From positions 248,001 through 312,000 of IMG/VR virus record IMGVR_UViG_3300031576_000001: a stretch of DNA of 64,000 nt, one strand, 5' to 3'. How positions within the stretch are numbered: the first letter of the stretch is position 1; the number at the start of each line of letters is the position of its first letter. The notes under the pieces were generated by a model. It saw only the letters and a program-made list of their open reading frames with translations. It searched no databases and had not been told where the DNA came from. Position numbers and translations under genes: made by a program. Below, piece by piece: positions 17,566 through 28,259 of the stretch.

Positions 17566-18331
17566 CCACGCCAGAGAGGAAGGCTTTGCCGTAGTCCGCC
17601 TCTCCGGTGTAGACGTTGAGGGTGGGCGACTCACGGAAGACCCCTGGGGAGTGTGTGTGTCCGCAGTACACGTCAAAGGTGACCGTGGGGTTACGTTTGA
17701 CCTGATCTCGGAGCATCTTACCCATGGCGGCACAGGTCATCCAGGGTAGCCATTGTTCGTCTGACAGCTTACCTTGGTGCCATGTAGCCCCGGAGAAGGG
17801 GGCTACATGGGTGGCGAAGATGACCCTTGTAGCGCCTAGTGTGACTGCCTTGTCAATCTTGGCTTTGGCGCGGGCTACCTCGCGGTCTGCCACGCCCTGG
17901 ATCTTGGCGGTTAGCTCGGCGCCGTGAAGGTACCGAAACTCCCCAATGCGGTGCATGTCGGAGAGCAGGACGTGGCTGGCTCTGATGTTGCCGGCGCGGT
18001 TGTCGTAGAAACCATCTTGCCCGACGAGGTACGTACTCTCTCCGCAGTCTAGAGGGGGCAACGCTGAGAGGTAGCCCAGGGTTGAGACTCGCTTCTGAAA
18101 GCCGTCTACCGAGGGTGCGTTGTAGAAGTCGTGGTTGCCCAGCACGAAGAAGATGGCCCTGCCGGTGCGCCTGGTTAGCCCTTCCAAAGCCTCAGCGACA
18201 GACTCAGACTGTGCAATGTCCCCCGTGATGAGCACCCCATCGTACTCTTGTAGTGCGCTGCAAAGAGCCGAGTAAGCGGGTGCTGAGAGAAAGGGGACGT
18301 GGGGGTCCGTAACCCAAGCAAGGCGTATCAT
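17528..18331 (-). CDS. Calcineurin-like metallophosphoesterase (CpdA/Icc-like)
   Basis: TDPH, TGDI, GNHD, TH and GHTH motifs. Confidence 0.88.
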   Translation of the reverse strand: MIRLAWVTDPHVPFLSAPAYSALCSALQEYDGVLITGDIAQSESVAEALEGLTRRTGRAIFFVLGNHDFYNAPSVDGFQKRVSTLGYLSALPPLDCGESTYLVGQDGFYDNRAGNIRASHVLLSDMHRIGEFRYLHGAELTAKIQGVADREVARAKAKIDKAVTLGATRVIFATHVAPFSGATWHQGKLSDEQWLPWMTCAAMGKMLRDQVKRNPTVTFDVYCGHTHSPGVFRESPTLNVYTGEADYGKAFLSGVVTVPQLPVLQES

Positions 18332-18353
18332 GTCGCGGCTAGTTTACACCGCC

Positions 18354-18686
18354 TAACAAGGCGGGCAAATTAGCGTCGCGCTTTTCCGCTGTGACGAGGA
18401 GGGCGCAAGCAAGCACATGCTTGCACTTGTTACCCCTGCGAAAGTCCTCGCAGGTACAGGTGGACGTGTTGCCTGTGACCTTGACCACGTAGGTTTGTTT
18501 CTCGCTGGGAACATTATACACCCCGTTCCCCTGTGGCTCGATGTCGCCCGTGAAAGCCAGTGCTTTATTGAGTCGCTCTTTCCACTTGGGGTTCTTTGCA
18601 CCCCATGCGTCGGCTAGCGCCCTCATGGTCTGGTAGGTAGCGGCGGCTTGTTTACGGCGGACAATGCGGTCGTGTAGGTCAGACAT
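18354..18686 (-). CDS. SWIM zinc-finger protein; ends at TTA 18356-18354
   Basis: CTCEDF....CKH. Confidence 0.8.
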
Positions 18687-18707
18687 GCTCTCACATTACC
18701 CCCTAGA

Positions 18708-18911
18708 TAAGCGCATGTGTGTTGCGGTGTCACTCGCGCTTACCCCGTGCATCCCCCTGAACATCCGGGCTACCTCGTCGGCTAGCCTGACACCTTCCGC
18801 CAAGGGGCGGTTCATTTCCTCTACGCTCAACCTCTCGTAGTGGCACTGGTGAGGGTGCTCGGTAGGGCGTAGCTCTGGGGCTCTCTTAAAGGAGGGGGGC
18901 GGGGTCGGCAT
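18708..18911 (-). CDS. Small hypothetical protein; ends at TTA
   Basis: MPTPPPSF ORF. Confidence 0.4.
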
Positions 18912-19005
18912 GTCGGTCTTTGTGGTGCAGAGCTTACAATAGCCCAAATTCGAGTGAACTGAGAGGACAACCGTGGGTAAGAGTAGTGTAGAGGTGAAAA
19001 GTACG

Positions 19006-19269
19006 ATGAACGCGAAAATGACCCCCACCGAGAGGGGACACTTGGCAATTTGCGGGTACAGGGTTGAACAAGCCCTGGGCTTGGTTGTACCCCCACTCCC
19101 CCTGCCTTCCTGCGAGGTGCCCCTTGTCCACCTTGGGCTGGCGGCGGCGTTGTGGGAGGGCGAGGTTGTCTTCAGTACTGAAGAGGGCATACCCGCCTAT
19201 CGACCCTCCTCGGGGTTTCTTGACGCCCTGACCCTCTGTCTGGCACGTATCGCGAAGACGTGTCATTAA
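19006..19269 (+). CDS. Hypothetical protein
   Basis: GAGGTG upstream; same direction as 19279. Confidence 0.5.
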   Translation: MNAKMTPTERGHLAICGYRVEQALGLVVPPLPLPSCEVPLVHLGLAAALWEGEVVFSTEEGIPAYRPSSGFLDALTLCLARIAKTCH

Positions 19270-19278
19270 GCACCGAGG

Positions 19279-21882
19279 ATGGCATCACCCCCAGTAAAAG
19301 GCTGGTCTATGTGGGAAACCGTGGGAACCCTGGACCCCAACAAGGCTGTTTTGTTCCCAAAACAGAAAGCTACCCCCATGGTGCAACCGCTCGAAGGGGG
19401 CGCGCTCCCTATTTACGACCGTGACCCGGTAACCGAGGTCAGGGAGTATCCTGTGGAAGGAGCTAGCGCGGGGACGGTTAGCTCCCACGGTGCGCTGCAA
19501 GCGCAGATCGCCGTGACCCGCGAGAAGCGTGCGACGGCACAGAGCGAGGAGGGTGCTGCGCTCACGGAAGAGGGTGCCTTCAAGGCTTTTGACGACATGG
19601 TAAAGGAAGCGCTGGGCGACGACGCACCGTACCAAGAGGGGGTTGATTCTCTGTGTGATTCAAAGGACCAGGCTACCTTTGCTTCGTTGGACGAGCTAGA
19701 ACGCCAAGTCACTATGCCCCCAGAGGCGACAGCGCAGATTCACGCCGAGGAGGACCGTAGGTTCCTTGACACCGTGAACCAAATGGCAAGCGGGGTTGAG
19801 GGTACACACGCTTCCCTCCCTGCGACCGACCTACCTCTCAGCGCATTGCTGTCAAAGCGCTTGGTGGGTTTCATTGCTACTGCGACAGACACAAGCCCCG
19901 GTCTGCCGGCGTCAGGCGCTTGCACAGAGGCGCCCAGGACAGTGGCACTTTGGGCACAAACCCGAGAAAGAATGAAAATGTCGGAGACCGGAGACCCCAC
20001 TGCACGCGCAGAAATGGAGGCTTTTGACACCCTGATAGCAGAGTCCTTGACTGGCCCGGACACAACCACGGTTACCGCGTCTGAGCCATTGTCAGAACAA
20101 GCACGGGCAGATAGACAACTTGCGTTTGAGCAAGCCAAAGCCAAGCTCTTGGAAGAACCCCCCACGGTAAGCCAGCGCACAGTTATTGAGGGAAAAAAGC
20201 GCAAAGAGCGCCTTGAGACTCAAATCCGCCAGCTACGAGCTGAGCTAAACAAGCTGCGCGAGAAGGCAGGGTTGCCCAGGATAGGGTTGTGGGGCTACAC
20301 CACGGAACCGAGAGTGTATGACGACGAGACTACCGTGCTCCCCAAAGTAGCCCAGCGTGAGGACGCTATGACTCTCCGCGCACAACAGTCGGATGACAAG
20401 CTGTCCGAGGAGCAAAAGCTAGACGAGATAACGGACATTCTGAACGGCACCAAGGCGCAACTACAGGTAAAAGAGGCAGTGGACCAGGACACCGTAGCCC
20501 CCTATGACCCGGACACCTTCGTACCCCGACAAGAGCTAGGCGGGGAGGGTGCGCCCCAAGAGGTACGCACTGCCTTGCAAACCCTCCTTCAAGCTCGGAC
20601 CACCCAGGCTCTCCGTGCGCAAGGTGTGAGGTACAACACCATAGAGGAGCGACAGGTTATGGCGGACGCCACGCTCAAGGTGTTGCAAGGCTTCGCAGCC
20701 CAGAACCCCGTGGAGTACGCCAACTACGCGCTAGCCCAACTCAAAGAGGGCACCGTGGTCGAGGGTACCCACAAGGACAGTGCTGTACACCCCACGGACA
20801 GTGCCCAAGAGGAAGCACTACAACCTCTAAGCGAAAGAGGTGCAATGGGGCAGTGGCAGAGGCAACCCCTACGTGTACCACAGAAACTCAGAGCCAGGCT
20901 GGTTTTCACAGAGACCATGCTGGACAGCATCCCTGTGACGCCGGACGCCCTGCGTCTCAGTGACAGTAGAGAGCTTGGGGCGATTGCGGGGGCGCTGGGG
21001 GTCAAGTGTGACTCATGGTCAGAGCTGTCCCTATCCCTACGGAGAGGTATCGTGACCAAGGCACTACAAGACCGCGCAGGTAAGATGAGCCGGGACAAGG
21101 TAAGCATGGCGGTAGCCCCGGAGGCGATCCCGCCCGCGTTCTTGGAAAACCTACCGCCGACGAGCATCCTGATCTCGCTGAGCGACCCCCTCTTGGAGGC
21201 GTTGGCACGTAACTTTGGGGTGTGGGAGAGTTCATCGTGGTCGATGATGAACAAGAAGGAGAAGGCTGCACTCATCGAATGGGCTGAGCTTTCTACAGAA
21301 ATCGGTGAGGGTGAAGCCCCCCCCGAGGGGTCTTTGGGTGTAACAGATGAGCAGGACAGCCAAAAGGAGCGTAGCATCATGAGCGGTGTGGTTGACACGG
21401 TGAAGGCGGCAGGGGCGACCCTAGCCAAGGACAGCCAAGACGCCTCCTGGCGCGCGGCGGCAAAACAACTGACCAAGTTGGTCAGGGAGCCCCTTGTGGC
21501 GCTCCTGCACCGCAACCTCGGACCCAGCGACCCCTCTCTTCGGGTCAAGATTGCTGAGTTTCTGGATACCGAGATGGGCTCCATCGTGGTCACCAGCCTC
21601 CTTGCGACGGGGGCTACCCTGGTACCGATGCCGGCGCCCATGCAGGCTCAGGTTGTCCGGCTGGCGCAAGAGCTTCGTGTCAAGGCAATGGCAGACGGTA
21701 TGGACCTCACGGCTGACGTGGTGATGGGTCCGTTGCGGGCTGTCATAAGCACCTACTTGCAAGGGATGCCCGCAGAGGCGGCTGAGCTAGAGACCGAGAC
21801 AGCACCGGTCCAGATTCCCTCTGCCAGCATCAGTGACCACCAAGGCGTGGACAACCGTATCGGGGTCTCCGTCAAGGGTTAG
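19279..21882 (+). CDS. Large acidic/coiled-coil hypothetical protein
   Basis: 867 aa ORF; internal AAGGAG-ATG near 21379 may start a C-terminal product. Confidence 0.7.
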   Translation: MASPPVKGWSMWETVGTLDPNKAVLFPKQKATPMVQPLEGGALPIYDRDPVTEVREYPVEGASAGTVSSHGALQAQIAVTREKRATAQSEEGAALTEEGAFKAFDDMVKEALGDDAPYQEGVDSLCDSKDQATFASLDELERQVTMPPEATAQIHAEEDRRFLDTVNQMASGVEGTHASLPATDLPLSALLSKRLVGFIATATDTSPGLPASGACTEAPRTVALWAQTRERMKMSETGDPTARAEMEAFDTLIAESLTGPDTTTVTASEPLSEQARADRQLAFEQAKAKLLEEPPTVSQRTVIEGKKRKERLETQIRQLRAELNKLREKAGLPRIGLWGYTTEPRVYDDETTVLPKVAQREDAMTLRAQQSDDKLSEEQKLDEITDILNGTKAQLQVKEAVDQDTVAPYDPDTFVPRQELGGEGAPQEVRTALQTLLQARTTQALRAQGVRYNTIEERQVMADATLKVLQGFAAQNPVEYANYALAQLKEGTVVEGTHKDSAVHPTDSAQEEALQPLSERGAMGQWQRQPLRVPQKLRARLVFTETMLDSIPVTPDALRLSDSRELGAIAGALGVKCDSWSELSLSLRRGIVTKALQDRAGKMSRDKVSMAVAPEAIPPAFLENLPPTSILISLSDPLLEALARNFGVWESSSWSMMNKKEKAALIEWAELSTEIGEGEAPPEGSLGVTDEQDSQKERSIMSGVVDTVKAAGATLAKDSQDASWRAAAKQLTKLVREPLVALLHRNLGPSDPSLRVKIAEFLDTEMGSIVVTSLLATGATLVPMPAPMQAQVVRLAQELRVKAMADGMDLTADVVMGPLRAVISTYLQGMPAEAAELETETAPVQIPSASISDHQGVDNRIGVSVKG

Positions 21883-21901
21883 CCCCTCTGAGGGAAGAGT
21901 C

Positions 21902-21943
21902 TGAAGGCTCGTTGCCCCCCTGAGAGGGGGTGACGGGCTTTCA
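21902..21943 (+). terminator. Rho-independent terminator-like hairpin
   Basis: TGAAGGCTCGTTGCCCCCC..GGGGGTGACGGGCTTTCA followed by TTCGTTT. Confidence 0.65.
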
Positions 21944-21982
21944 TTCGTTTAAGGGCGTTGTTATCCCCGACGATAGGGGAGG

Positions 21983-22615
21983 ATGCCCGAGGTAGAGAGA
22001 CACTCCAGGTGGGAACAGTACCCCAGGAAAGCGGATCTTATCCGTGACCTACGTACTTTCTTCAACCACCTGGAGGACTCGGTAGATCCCGCTCAGGACG
22101 CAAACGCCCTCCTGGCGATAGAATACGACACACTACCCAACGCCACGTTGAAGAGCGTGGCGGGTCTGGGGCTCTACACGTTTGACAGCACGTCGGTAGC
22201 GGTACCTGACGGCTTGAACGTACTTGACACGGGGCTACCCACGGGACGTTGGGTCAAGGTAACCACCGGGGGTGGTCCGGCGTCTAGCTACACGCTGACG
22301 AGCCATGCCTTCTCGTTTGCCTCTGTACCCTTGGCTATCATGCTGCCGTTGCCCATGGGCACCCGAGTAGACGGAGTTACCGTAGAGGTCTCCACCGCCT
22401 TTGACGGCGTGGGCGCTAGCCTCTTGGTAGGTACGCCCACGCTCCCGTCGCTCTACTTTGGAGTGGGCGCAAGTAAACTGAGCGTGGGTGGTGCTTTCTA
22501 CCACAACGATAAGGTTTATACCGCCCCCCTCTCTGAGGCTCTCATCCTGACCCTGGCTACAGCGGGCTCCACCGCAGGTACAGGCGCGGTACACGTTCGC
22601 ACACAAGGCCCGTGA
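21983..22615 (+). CDS. Putative virion structural protein
   Basis: GGAGG RBS; VSTAFDG...VG beta-sandwich pattern; first gene of a tight operon. Confidence 0.6.
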   Translation: MPEVERHSRWEQYPRKADLIRDLRTFFNHLEDSVDPAQDANALLAIEYDTLPNATLKSVAGLGLYTFDSTSVAVPDGLNVLDTGLPTGRWVKVTTGGGPASSYTLTSHAFSFASVPLAIMLPLPMGTRVDGVTVEVSTAFDGVGASLLVGTPTLPSLYFGVGASKLSVGGAFYHNDKVYTAPLSEALILTLATAGSTAGTGAVHVRTQGP

Positions 22616-22624
22616 AAGAAAACA

Positions 22625-23455
22625 ATGGCTAGTTACGAAAACCTAGCAGGTACAACCGAGACCACATTTCAAATTGGTCTGGACCGTCCACAAGTAAAGA
22701 GTACGTCCACAGGCGAGCTAGAAGCTAGAGACGCTACAGACTCGACTTACGCCAGGTTTCGCGTAGGCGCCCCTGTAGGTCCAAACGACGCGATTACCCG
22801 GTCCTATGCAGACACGCTGAGCAAGCCGATCATTGTTTCTGCTCAGTTTGACGGCAACAATGCGCTTCCTGCCAACACCGGAACCCCCAGCTACAAGGTA
22901 GTCACAACCACGGGTGCTTTTGCCAGCATTGGGGACGTGATCTACGATGACGGATCGGGAGTGGGCACTACCACGGTGCTTACGGCAATAGAGGGTCGTG
23001 TACTCGCTATTACGGACGCCCTCTCTGGTGGTACGGTCAGCCTTGACCCGGACAGCATTTACATCTGGGACGCTGACGGTTCTGCCTATGTAAAGATCGG
23101 GGACATTGGCTCCGTAACAGGGGCAAACAGGGTCATCCGATACACCATTACCAACGCTGCGACGCAGGACAGCGTGACTACGATTCCAGCAAGCGCGATT
23201 GTGGGACGCTGTGAGGTGAAGATAACGACCCCCTATTCCGGGGGAGCGTCTATCTCGGTGGGGCGAGCTGGTTCTCTGGCACTCATTATGCCCCCCACGG
23301 GGAACACCCCACAGGGGGCTAGCGGTAACATCTACCGTAGGTTCCAAGACACCGACTGGGGTGGCTCAGCTTTGGTGGTGCGGACTACGATCACAGGTGC
23401 TCCGGCTGCGGGTGCTGGCGTGATTATTGTCCACTACATGACACCCAACGCTTTA
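22625..23455 (+). CDS. Putative virion structural protein; ends at TTA 23453-23455
   Basis: NLAGT.E..FQIG N-terminus shared with the next gene. Confidence 0.6.
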
Positions 23456-23475
23456 GCGTGCTAGTGTGACCCCCC

Positions 23476-23925
23476 GTGGCTGATTTTGATAACCTCTCCG
23501 GCACCAGCGAGTCCAGCTTTCAAGTAGGGCTAGACGGACCTCTTTTGAAGAGGAACGGCACTGCTTTGGAGGTTAGGGATGCTGCGGACACCGTGTTTGC
23601 AACGTTTCGAGTTGCTGACGGCTCAGGGGCGAGTGACGCTTTGTCACGGGGGGCACACGAAGCGTTGGACTCCCTGGTTCATGAGCTAGCAGAAACGAGC
23701 TACGAAGAGGTGACTCGACTAGGAGGGCTGGTTACTGACGTGATTGTGTGGACGGACTCTGGAAAAACCATCAAGGTACGAGAAATGAACCTCACTCGTG
23801 CTAGCGGTAGGGTCTCGGTCATTGTCAGAAAGCAATACAATGCAGGCGTGCTGGTACAAACGATGACTTCAACGATAACCCGGTCGGGCGGTCATGTCGC
23901 TTCGATTGACCATGTGGAGACCTGA
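23476..23925 (+). CDS. Putative virion structural protein
   Basis: NLSGTSESSFQVG, paralogous N-terminus. Confidence 0.55.
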   Translation: MADFDNLSGTSESSFQVGLDGPLLKRNGTALEVRDAADTVFATFRVADGSGASDALSRGAHEALDSLVHELAETSYEEVTRLGGLVTDVIVWTDSGKTIKVREMNLTRASGRVSVIVRKQYNAGVLVQTMTSTITRSGGHVASIDHVET

Positions 23926-23930
23926 AGACA

Positions 23931-25019
23931 ATGAGTGAGTTTGTAGTTGTCGAGGGTGAGCTAGTACCGATTGACACAGCGGGGAACCCTTTGCCTATTG
24001 CCAACGGAGGCACGATAGGCTCAACCCCCGGGCTCATGGTAGCTGGCAAAGAGGGGACAGCGGCCAGGTTCCTTGAAATGTCTACGGTGTCGGGCGCCAA
24101 GGCGCTCAAGGTAGACGTTGTGCAGTCGGTAGCAGTGGATGTTGGAATCGACGACTGGCTAGGCAGCACCGCGCCCACCGTAGGCCAGAAGACCATGGCA
24201 GATTCTTTGCCGGTCACGTTGGCTTCTAACCAACCTGCCATTCTCATCACAGGTACAATAACCGCCCTCCCCCCTTCGTCGTCAGCCGCACTGGCTACCA
24301 TTGCTGTGGGCACCGTGGGTACTTCTGGCAGTGCGCCCGCTTCAACAGTAACAACAGGCACCCTGGTCTACAAAACAGATTACGTGGAGCCTACCTCAGC
24401 AGCGCAAAGGTCGATAAGATCTGACAATGCTGCCGACACTTCGGCGGGCACAGGGGCGCGCACCGTGAGGGTTACCTACTACGACAACACTACGGCGGGA
24501 CCATTTACAGAAACGGTGACTCTGGCAGGCACCACTTGGGTGAACACTGTAGCCACAAACATTCGCTACGTGGAAAAGATAGAGGTTTTGACCACGGGCA
24601 CCGATGGGTGGAATGTAGGTATCATTACCCTGCGTACTGGTACGGGTGGGGGTGGTACAGACATTGGAACAATTGCCGCGAATGATAATCAAACCTTCTG
24701 GTGCCACCACTACGTGCCCACGGGGATGACGTGCTTTGTCACGTCCGCCACGGTGGGTAACAATGCCACGTCAGCTACCAATGGTGGGTTCTTCTTCATC
24801 AAGTCGCGCATTCTACCCCCCACCGCGACACTGGTGACCAAAGGTGTTGTCGCCAGTGACATCATTCGCGCCTACGGTCAGACCAGTACAATTCAGCGTG
24901 TTTATGACAGCTCTATCCGGGTCACGGGGCCTGCTCAGCTAGTCATGCACGTTGTCCACGAAGCCGCCTCCGCGGTACAGCACAGAGCCAGCTTTGACTT
25001 TTACGAGGAGGCATCATGA
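23931..25019 (+). CDS. Putative virion structural protein
   Basis: DT..GTGARTV...GPFTE.V.L.G module. Confidence 0.6.
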   Translation: MSEFVVVEGELVPIDTAGNPLPIANGGTIGSTPGLMVAGKEGTAARFLEMSTVSGAKALKVDVVQSVAVDVGIDDWLGSTAPTVGQKTMADSLPVTLASNQPAILITGTITALPPSSSAALATIAVGTVGTSGSAPASTVTTGTLVYKTDYVEPTSAAQRSIRSDNAADTSAGTGARTVRVTYYDNTTAGPFTETVTLAGTTWVNTVATNIRYVEKIEVLTTGTDGWNVGIITLRTGTGGGGTDIGTIAANDNQTFWCHHYVPTGMTCFVTSATVGNNATSATNGGFFFIKSRILPPTATLVTKGVVASDIIRAYGQTSTIQRVYDSSIRVTGPAQLVMHVVHEAASAVQHRASFDFYEEAS

Positions 25020-25960
25020 CCATTCAGATTTCCCCGCAACACACTCAGGTGATTTACGACTGGTCGGGTTTCAAGACCAAGGCAACATCTTTTGGTTTGC
25101 GTCTGCGATACCACCAAGAGGTTAGTACGGTCACGGTTTACTTCTACGACCCGCCCGAGGTTCATTTGTGTTGCCTGGCTCGTGGTGGTGCGGAGGAGGC
25201 TGAGTTTCTGGCGTCTTACTTGCCCCTGATTCAGGATAGCCCTCTCTCAGAGGCTATCCTGACTGCGGTTGTGTCTGGCGAGCTACCTACAGCGGCTACC
25301 GCGCAAGCTGCCGTGCGAAAGACAGCTTACGTTGAGCGTACCTCAGAGGCGCGTAGATCCATCAAGTCTACCTCAGCTCTAGACACCAATGGTGGTACAG
25401 GAGCACGACAGGTTCAGCTCACCTACTATGATGATGCAGGTGACGGCCCATTCACGGAGGTTGTTCTCCTCAACGGGCTCACCGCGGTTGACACTACAGC
25501 TACAAACATTCGCTACCTGGCAAGAATGGAAGTCACGTCCGTAGGCTCCACGGGCACCAACCAGGGCACGATAGAGGTATACAATGGCACGGGGGGTGGT
25601 GCTACGGGCTCTGGCTTTGGGAGCATTGCTGTGGGGGATAATCAAACCCTATGGGCACACCATTACGTGGCAGCGAACCGTGTGTGTTACGTCAATACCG
25701 TAGCGGTCAACTCCTCTTCCGCTACAGCAGCTAACGCCTCAGTCTTTACGCTCAAAGTGAAGACCTTGAACAGTACTTCCCCGGAGGTAGCGTTGGGTGA
25801 CCGTATCCGCCTCATTGGTGCCACTTCACACTTGCAACGTGTGTACGGTAAGACACTGAGGATTCGTGGCCCTGCAAGAATACAAGCCTACGTTCAGCCT
25901 GAAACAATTTCTGCCGTGACCCAACGTGTGAGCTTTGATCTCTATGAGGTAGCGCCATGA
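25016..25960 (+). CDS. Putative virion structural protein (paralog of 23931)
   Basis: Same GTGAR..GPFTE..ATNIRY..DNQT.W.HHYV module; ATGA overlap. Confidence 0.6.
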   Translation: MTIQISPQHTQVIYDWSGFKTKATSFGLRLRYHQEVSTVTVYFYDPPEVHLCCLARGGAEEAEFLASYLPLIQDSPLSEAILTAVVSGELPTAATAQAAVRKTAYVERTSEARRSIKSTSALDTNGGTGARQVQLTYYDDAGDGPFTEVVLLNGLTAVDTTATNIRYLARMEVTSVGSTGTNQGTIEVYNGTGGGATGSGFGSIAVGDNQTLWAHHYVAANRVCYVNTVAVNSSSATAANASVFTLKVKTLNSTSPEVALGDRIRLIGATSHLQRVYGKTLRIRGPARIQAYVQPETISAVTQRVSFDLYEVAP

Positions 25961-27363
25961 GCCCCCCTCTCGCAGCACACCTGACACAAATTTACCACAC
26001 CTGGGACGACTTCAAAGCTAATCTCACCTCTTGCACGGGGGTACTACGGCGTCACGAAACCAGTATTCTTATCACGGCTTACTTCTATGATACCCCCGAG
26101 GTGCATATCTGCCAACTCTGGAAGGGGGACGTGCCAGATGGGGTGGACGCAGGTGCAAATACGTCAGCCCTAGCGGACTTTGAGGCTAACTTTCGCACAC
26201 TGGCAGAGCAACGCAGAGCCCTTGACCTCACCGACGACCTAGGTCGCAAGGCCGTCGTAGCCGAGCCCAGGACGGGAACCGAGGTCATCTACTCCTCTGG
26301 GAATTTCTGCGATCCCTCGACGTGGTTTGGTGGCAGCGTGCGAGTCACGGAGCAAAGCCTCACGGACAGTGGTAACGGTCTCACCTGGACCTCGCCAGAC
26401 ACACAATGGGTTGACCTTATCTCGGGTCGAGTACAGGACGACGACGGGCTTGTTGAGGAGCAACAGTTTACCACGCCAGGAAACCCTCACGGTTATCAGG
26501 TCTCCGTATGGGTGGATGACGTTCTCGTCACCATGCGCGAGCCGTTTGAAGCCTCGGGGGGGGATTACGAGGTTCTGTGGACGGAAGGACAGGTGCGATT
26601 CTTCACGTCGCAAGCTGGCAAGGCTGTAAAAGCCTCCTACTCCAAGGCGAACGAGAGTACGTTTTACCTACGCCCCCTCCGGGGTAAAGCCTTGAGCATT
26701 GAAGCGGCAGAGTCCGACTTCAGCGAGGACTGCATCCCCACTGACACCATCATTTACGCAGTGTTTGGTTGGGTAGAAGCCTTTGCCCCTCAGTATGCTT
26801 ACACTCCTGGTGTGGGTACAGCGTCATTCACTAATGGTAATACCGCAGTCACCGGAGCCGGAACCAGCTTTCTCTCAGAGGTTACTCCTGGTAACTACGT
26901 GCGCCTAGAGGCTCACGGACCAGAGAACTACATGGTTGTAGCCTCTGTGGAAAGCAACACTGCGTTGACGCTGGCAGCGCCCTACACAGGGGCTACAGGC
27001 ACCGGGAGCATGGCTATCTCTATGCTCCCTACGGGGGTGTACCCCTACGGGACCAAGATTGAGCTAAAGCGCGGGCAGTACAAGCGGATCACTCAGATAT
27101 TTAATGAGGCTATCGGGTCGTACCCCCAGGTCACGATCCTGGCTTCCACAGCGGCAGACCGCGCTAACCTGAGCGTTGCGGAGTTCCGCCGCACTTGCCG
27201 GGGGCTACGTAGCCCTATACAGAGCACTCCGTTCAGGTACGCCACCACGCGAGACTTGCGGGCGGATATGGGCATGGAGCTAAGGGTCTGGCTAAAGCAC
27301 CACCGAGCGTTTGACGGTTTCTTCTCCTCCATGACGCTCTATTGCACGTCCAGGTCGCTGTGA
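25957..27363 (+). CDS. Putative tail/virion protein
   Basis: GTASFTNGNTAVTGAGTSF...VASVESNTALTL tail-fibre-like domain; ATGA overlap. Confidence 0.6.
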   Translation: MSPPLAAHLTQIYHTWDDFKANLTSCTGVLRRHETSILITAYFYDTPEVHICQLWKGDVPDGVDAGANTSALADFEANFRTLAEQRRALDLTDDLGRKAVVAEPRTGTEVIYSSGNFCDPSTWFGGSVRVTEQSLTDSGNGLTWTSPDTQWVDLISGRVQDDDGLVEEQQFTTPGNPHGYQVSVWVDDVLVTMREPFEASGGDYEVLWTEGQVRFFTSQAGKAVKASYSKANESTFYLRPLRGKALSIEAAESDFSEDCIPTDTIIYAVFGWVEAFAPQYAYTPGVGTASFTNGNTAVTGAGTSFLSEVTPGNYVRLEAHGPENYMVVASVESNTALTLAAPYTGATGTGSMAISMLPTGVYPYGTKIELKRGQYKRITQIFNEAIGSYPQVTILASTAADRANLSVAEFRRTCRGLRSPIQSTPFRYATTRDLRADMGMELRVWLKHHRAFDGFFSSMTLYCTSRSL

Positions 27364-28223
27364 AGGCTCTGGTTCTCTCCGGTGGTGGTAGTAAAGGCTC
27401 CTGGCAAGCGGGCGTATTGACTCGTCTCCTTGGCGAAGAGGGTCAGTACTACGAGGTAATCTGTGGTGTCAGCGTGGGAGCCCTCAACGGGGCCTTCCTG
27501 GCTCAGTACCCTCTGGGTAGAGAACGTGAGGCCAGCTTCGATCTTGGTAATCTCTGGCGTGCTGTAGAAACAAGCAAAATATACAAGCGCTGGTTCCCCT
27601 TTGGGCGACTACACGCCCTCTGGCGCGGTTCTGCTTACAACAGTGAACCCTTGGCGGATTGGGTGTCCACTGCACTCGACACCAAGAGAATCCAAACGTC
27701 CGGGCGTAAGCTCAGGGTGGGTGCAGTTTCCTTGACAACAGGGGAGTACCGCCTCTTTGGTGAGGACTACCCAGAGCTAACCCAAGCTGTTCTTGCGTCA
27801 GCTAGTTTTCCAGCCGCACTTTGCCCTGTATCGATGGAGGGTGAGCTTTGGTCCGATGGTGGGATCAAAGAGATTACCCCCCTGCAAGGAGCCATCGCTC
27901 TTGGTGCTTCGCACGTTGACGTGGTTTTGTGCTCCCCCAAGAGTACCACGACCCCCTTCCCTGCGGACGCTAACGCAATCAGCGTAGCTATGCGAACGAT
28001 TGACCTCATGAGCGATGAGATCCTCAACGACGACCTAGCTAAGACCGCCATGGTCAATCAGCTTGTCGAGGCGGGGGCGTGCAACGACAAGCGCCTGGTT
28101 ACCATACGGGTTTTCCGCCCTGAGAAGAACCTGATCGAGTCGAGCCTGGACTTCTCTAACGACAAGATGCGTGCCTTGCTTGACCAAGGGTACGCGGCAG
28201 CTTCTCGGTGGGAGAGCCTGTTA
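27360..28223 (+). CDS. Patatin-like phospholipase; ends at TTA 28221-28223
   Basis: LSGGGSKG, GVSVG (GxSxG), ASASFP and DGG motifs. Confidence 0.9.
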
Positions 28224-28259
28224 GCCCCGAGGTTAGTCCCCCTCTTAGGTGAGCCTGGC

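Noticed and set aside
20724-21641. Long antisense ORFs (also 10953..11732, 41514..42440, 31021..31716 and others)
   Set aside because: Shadow frames of high-GC genes on the opposite strand, with no motifs or start signals
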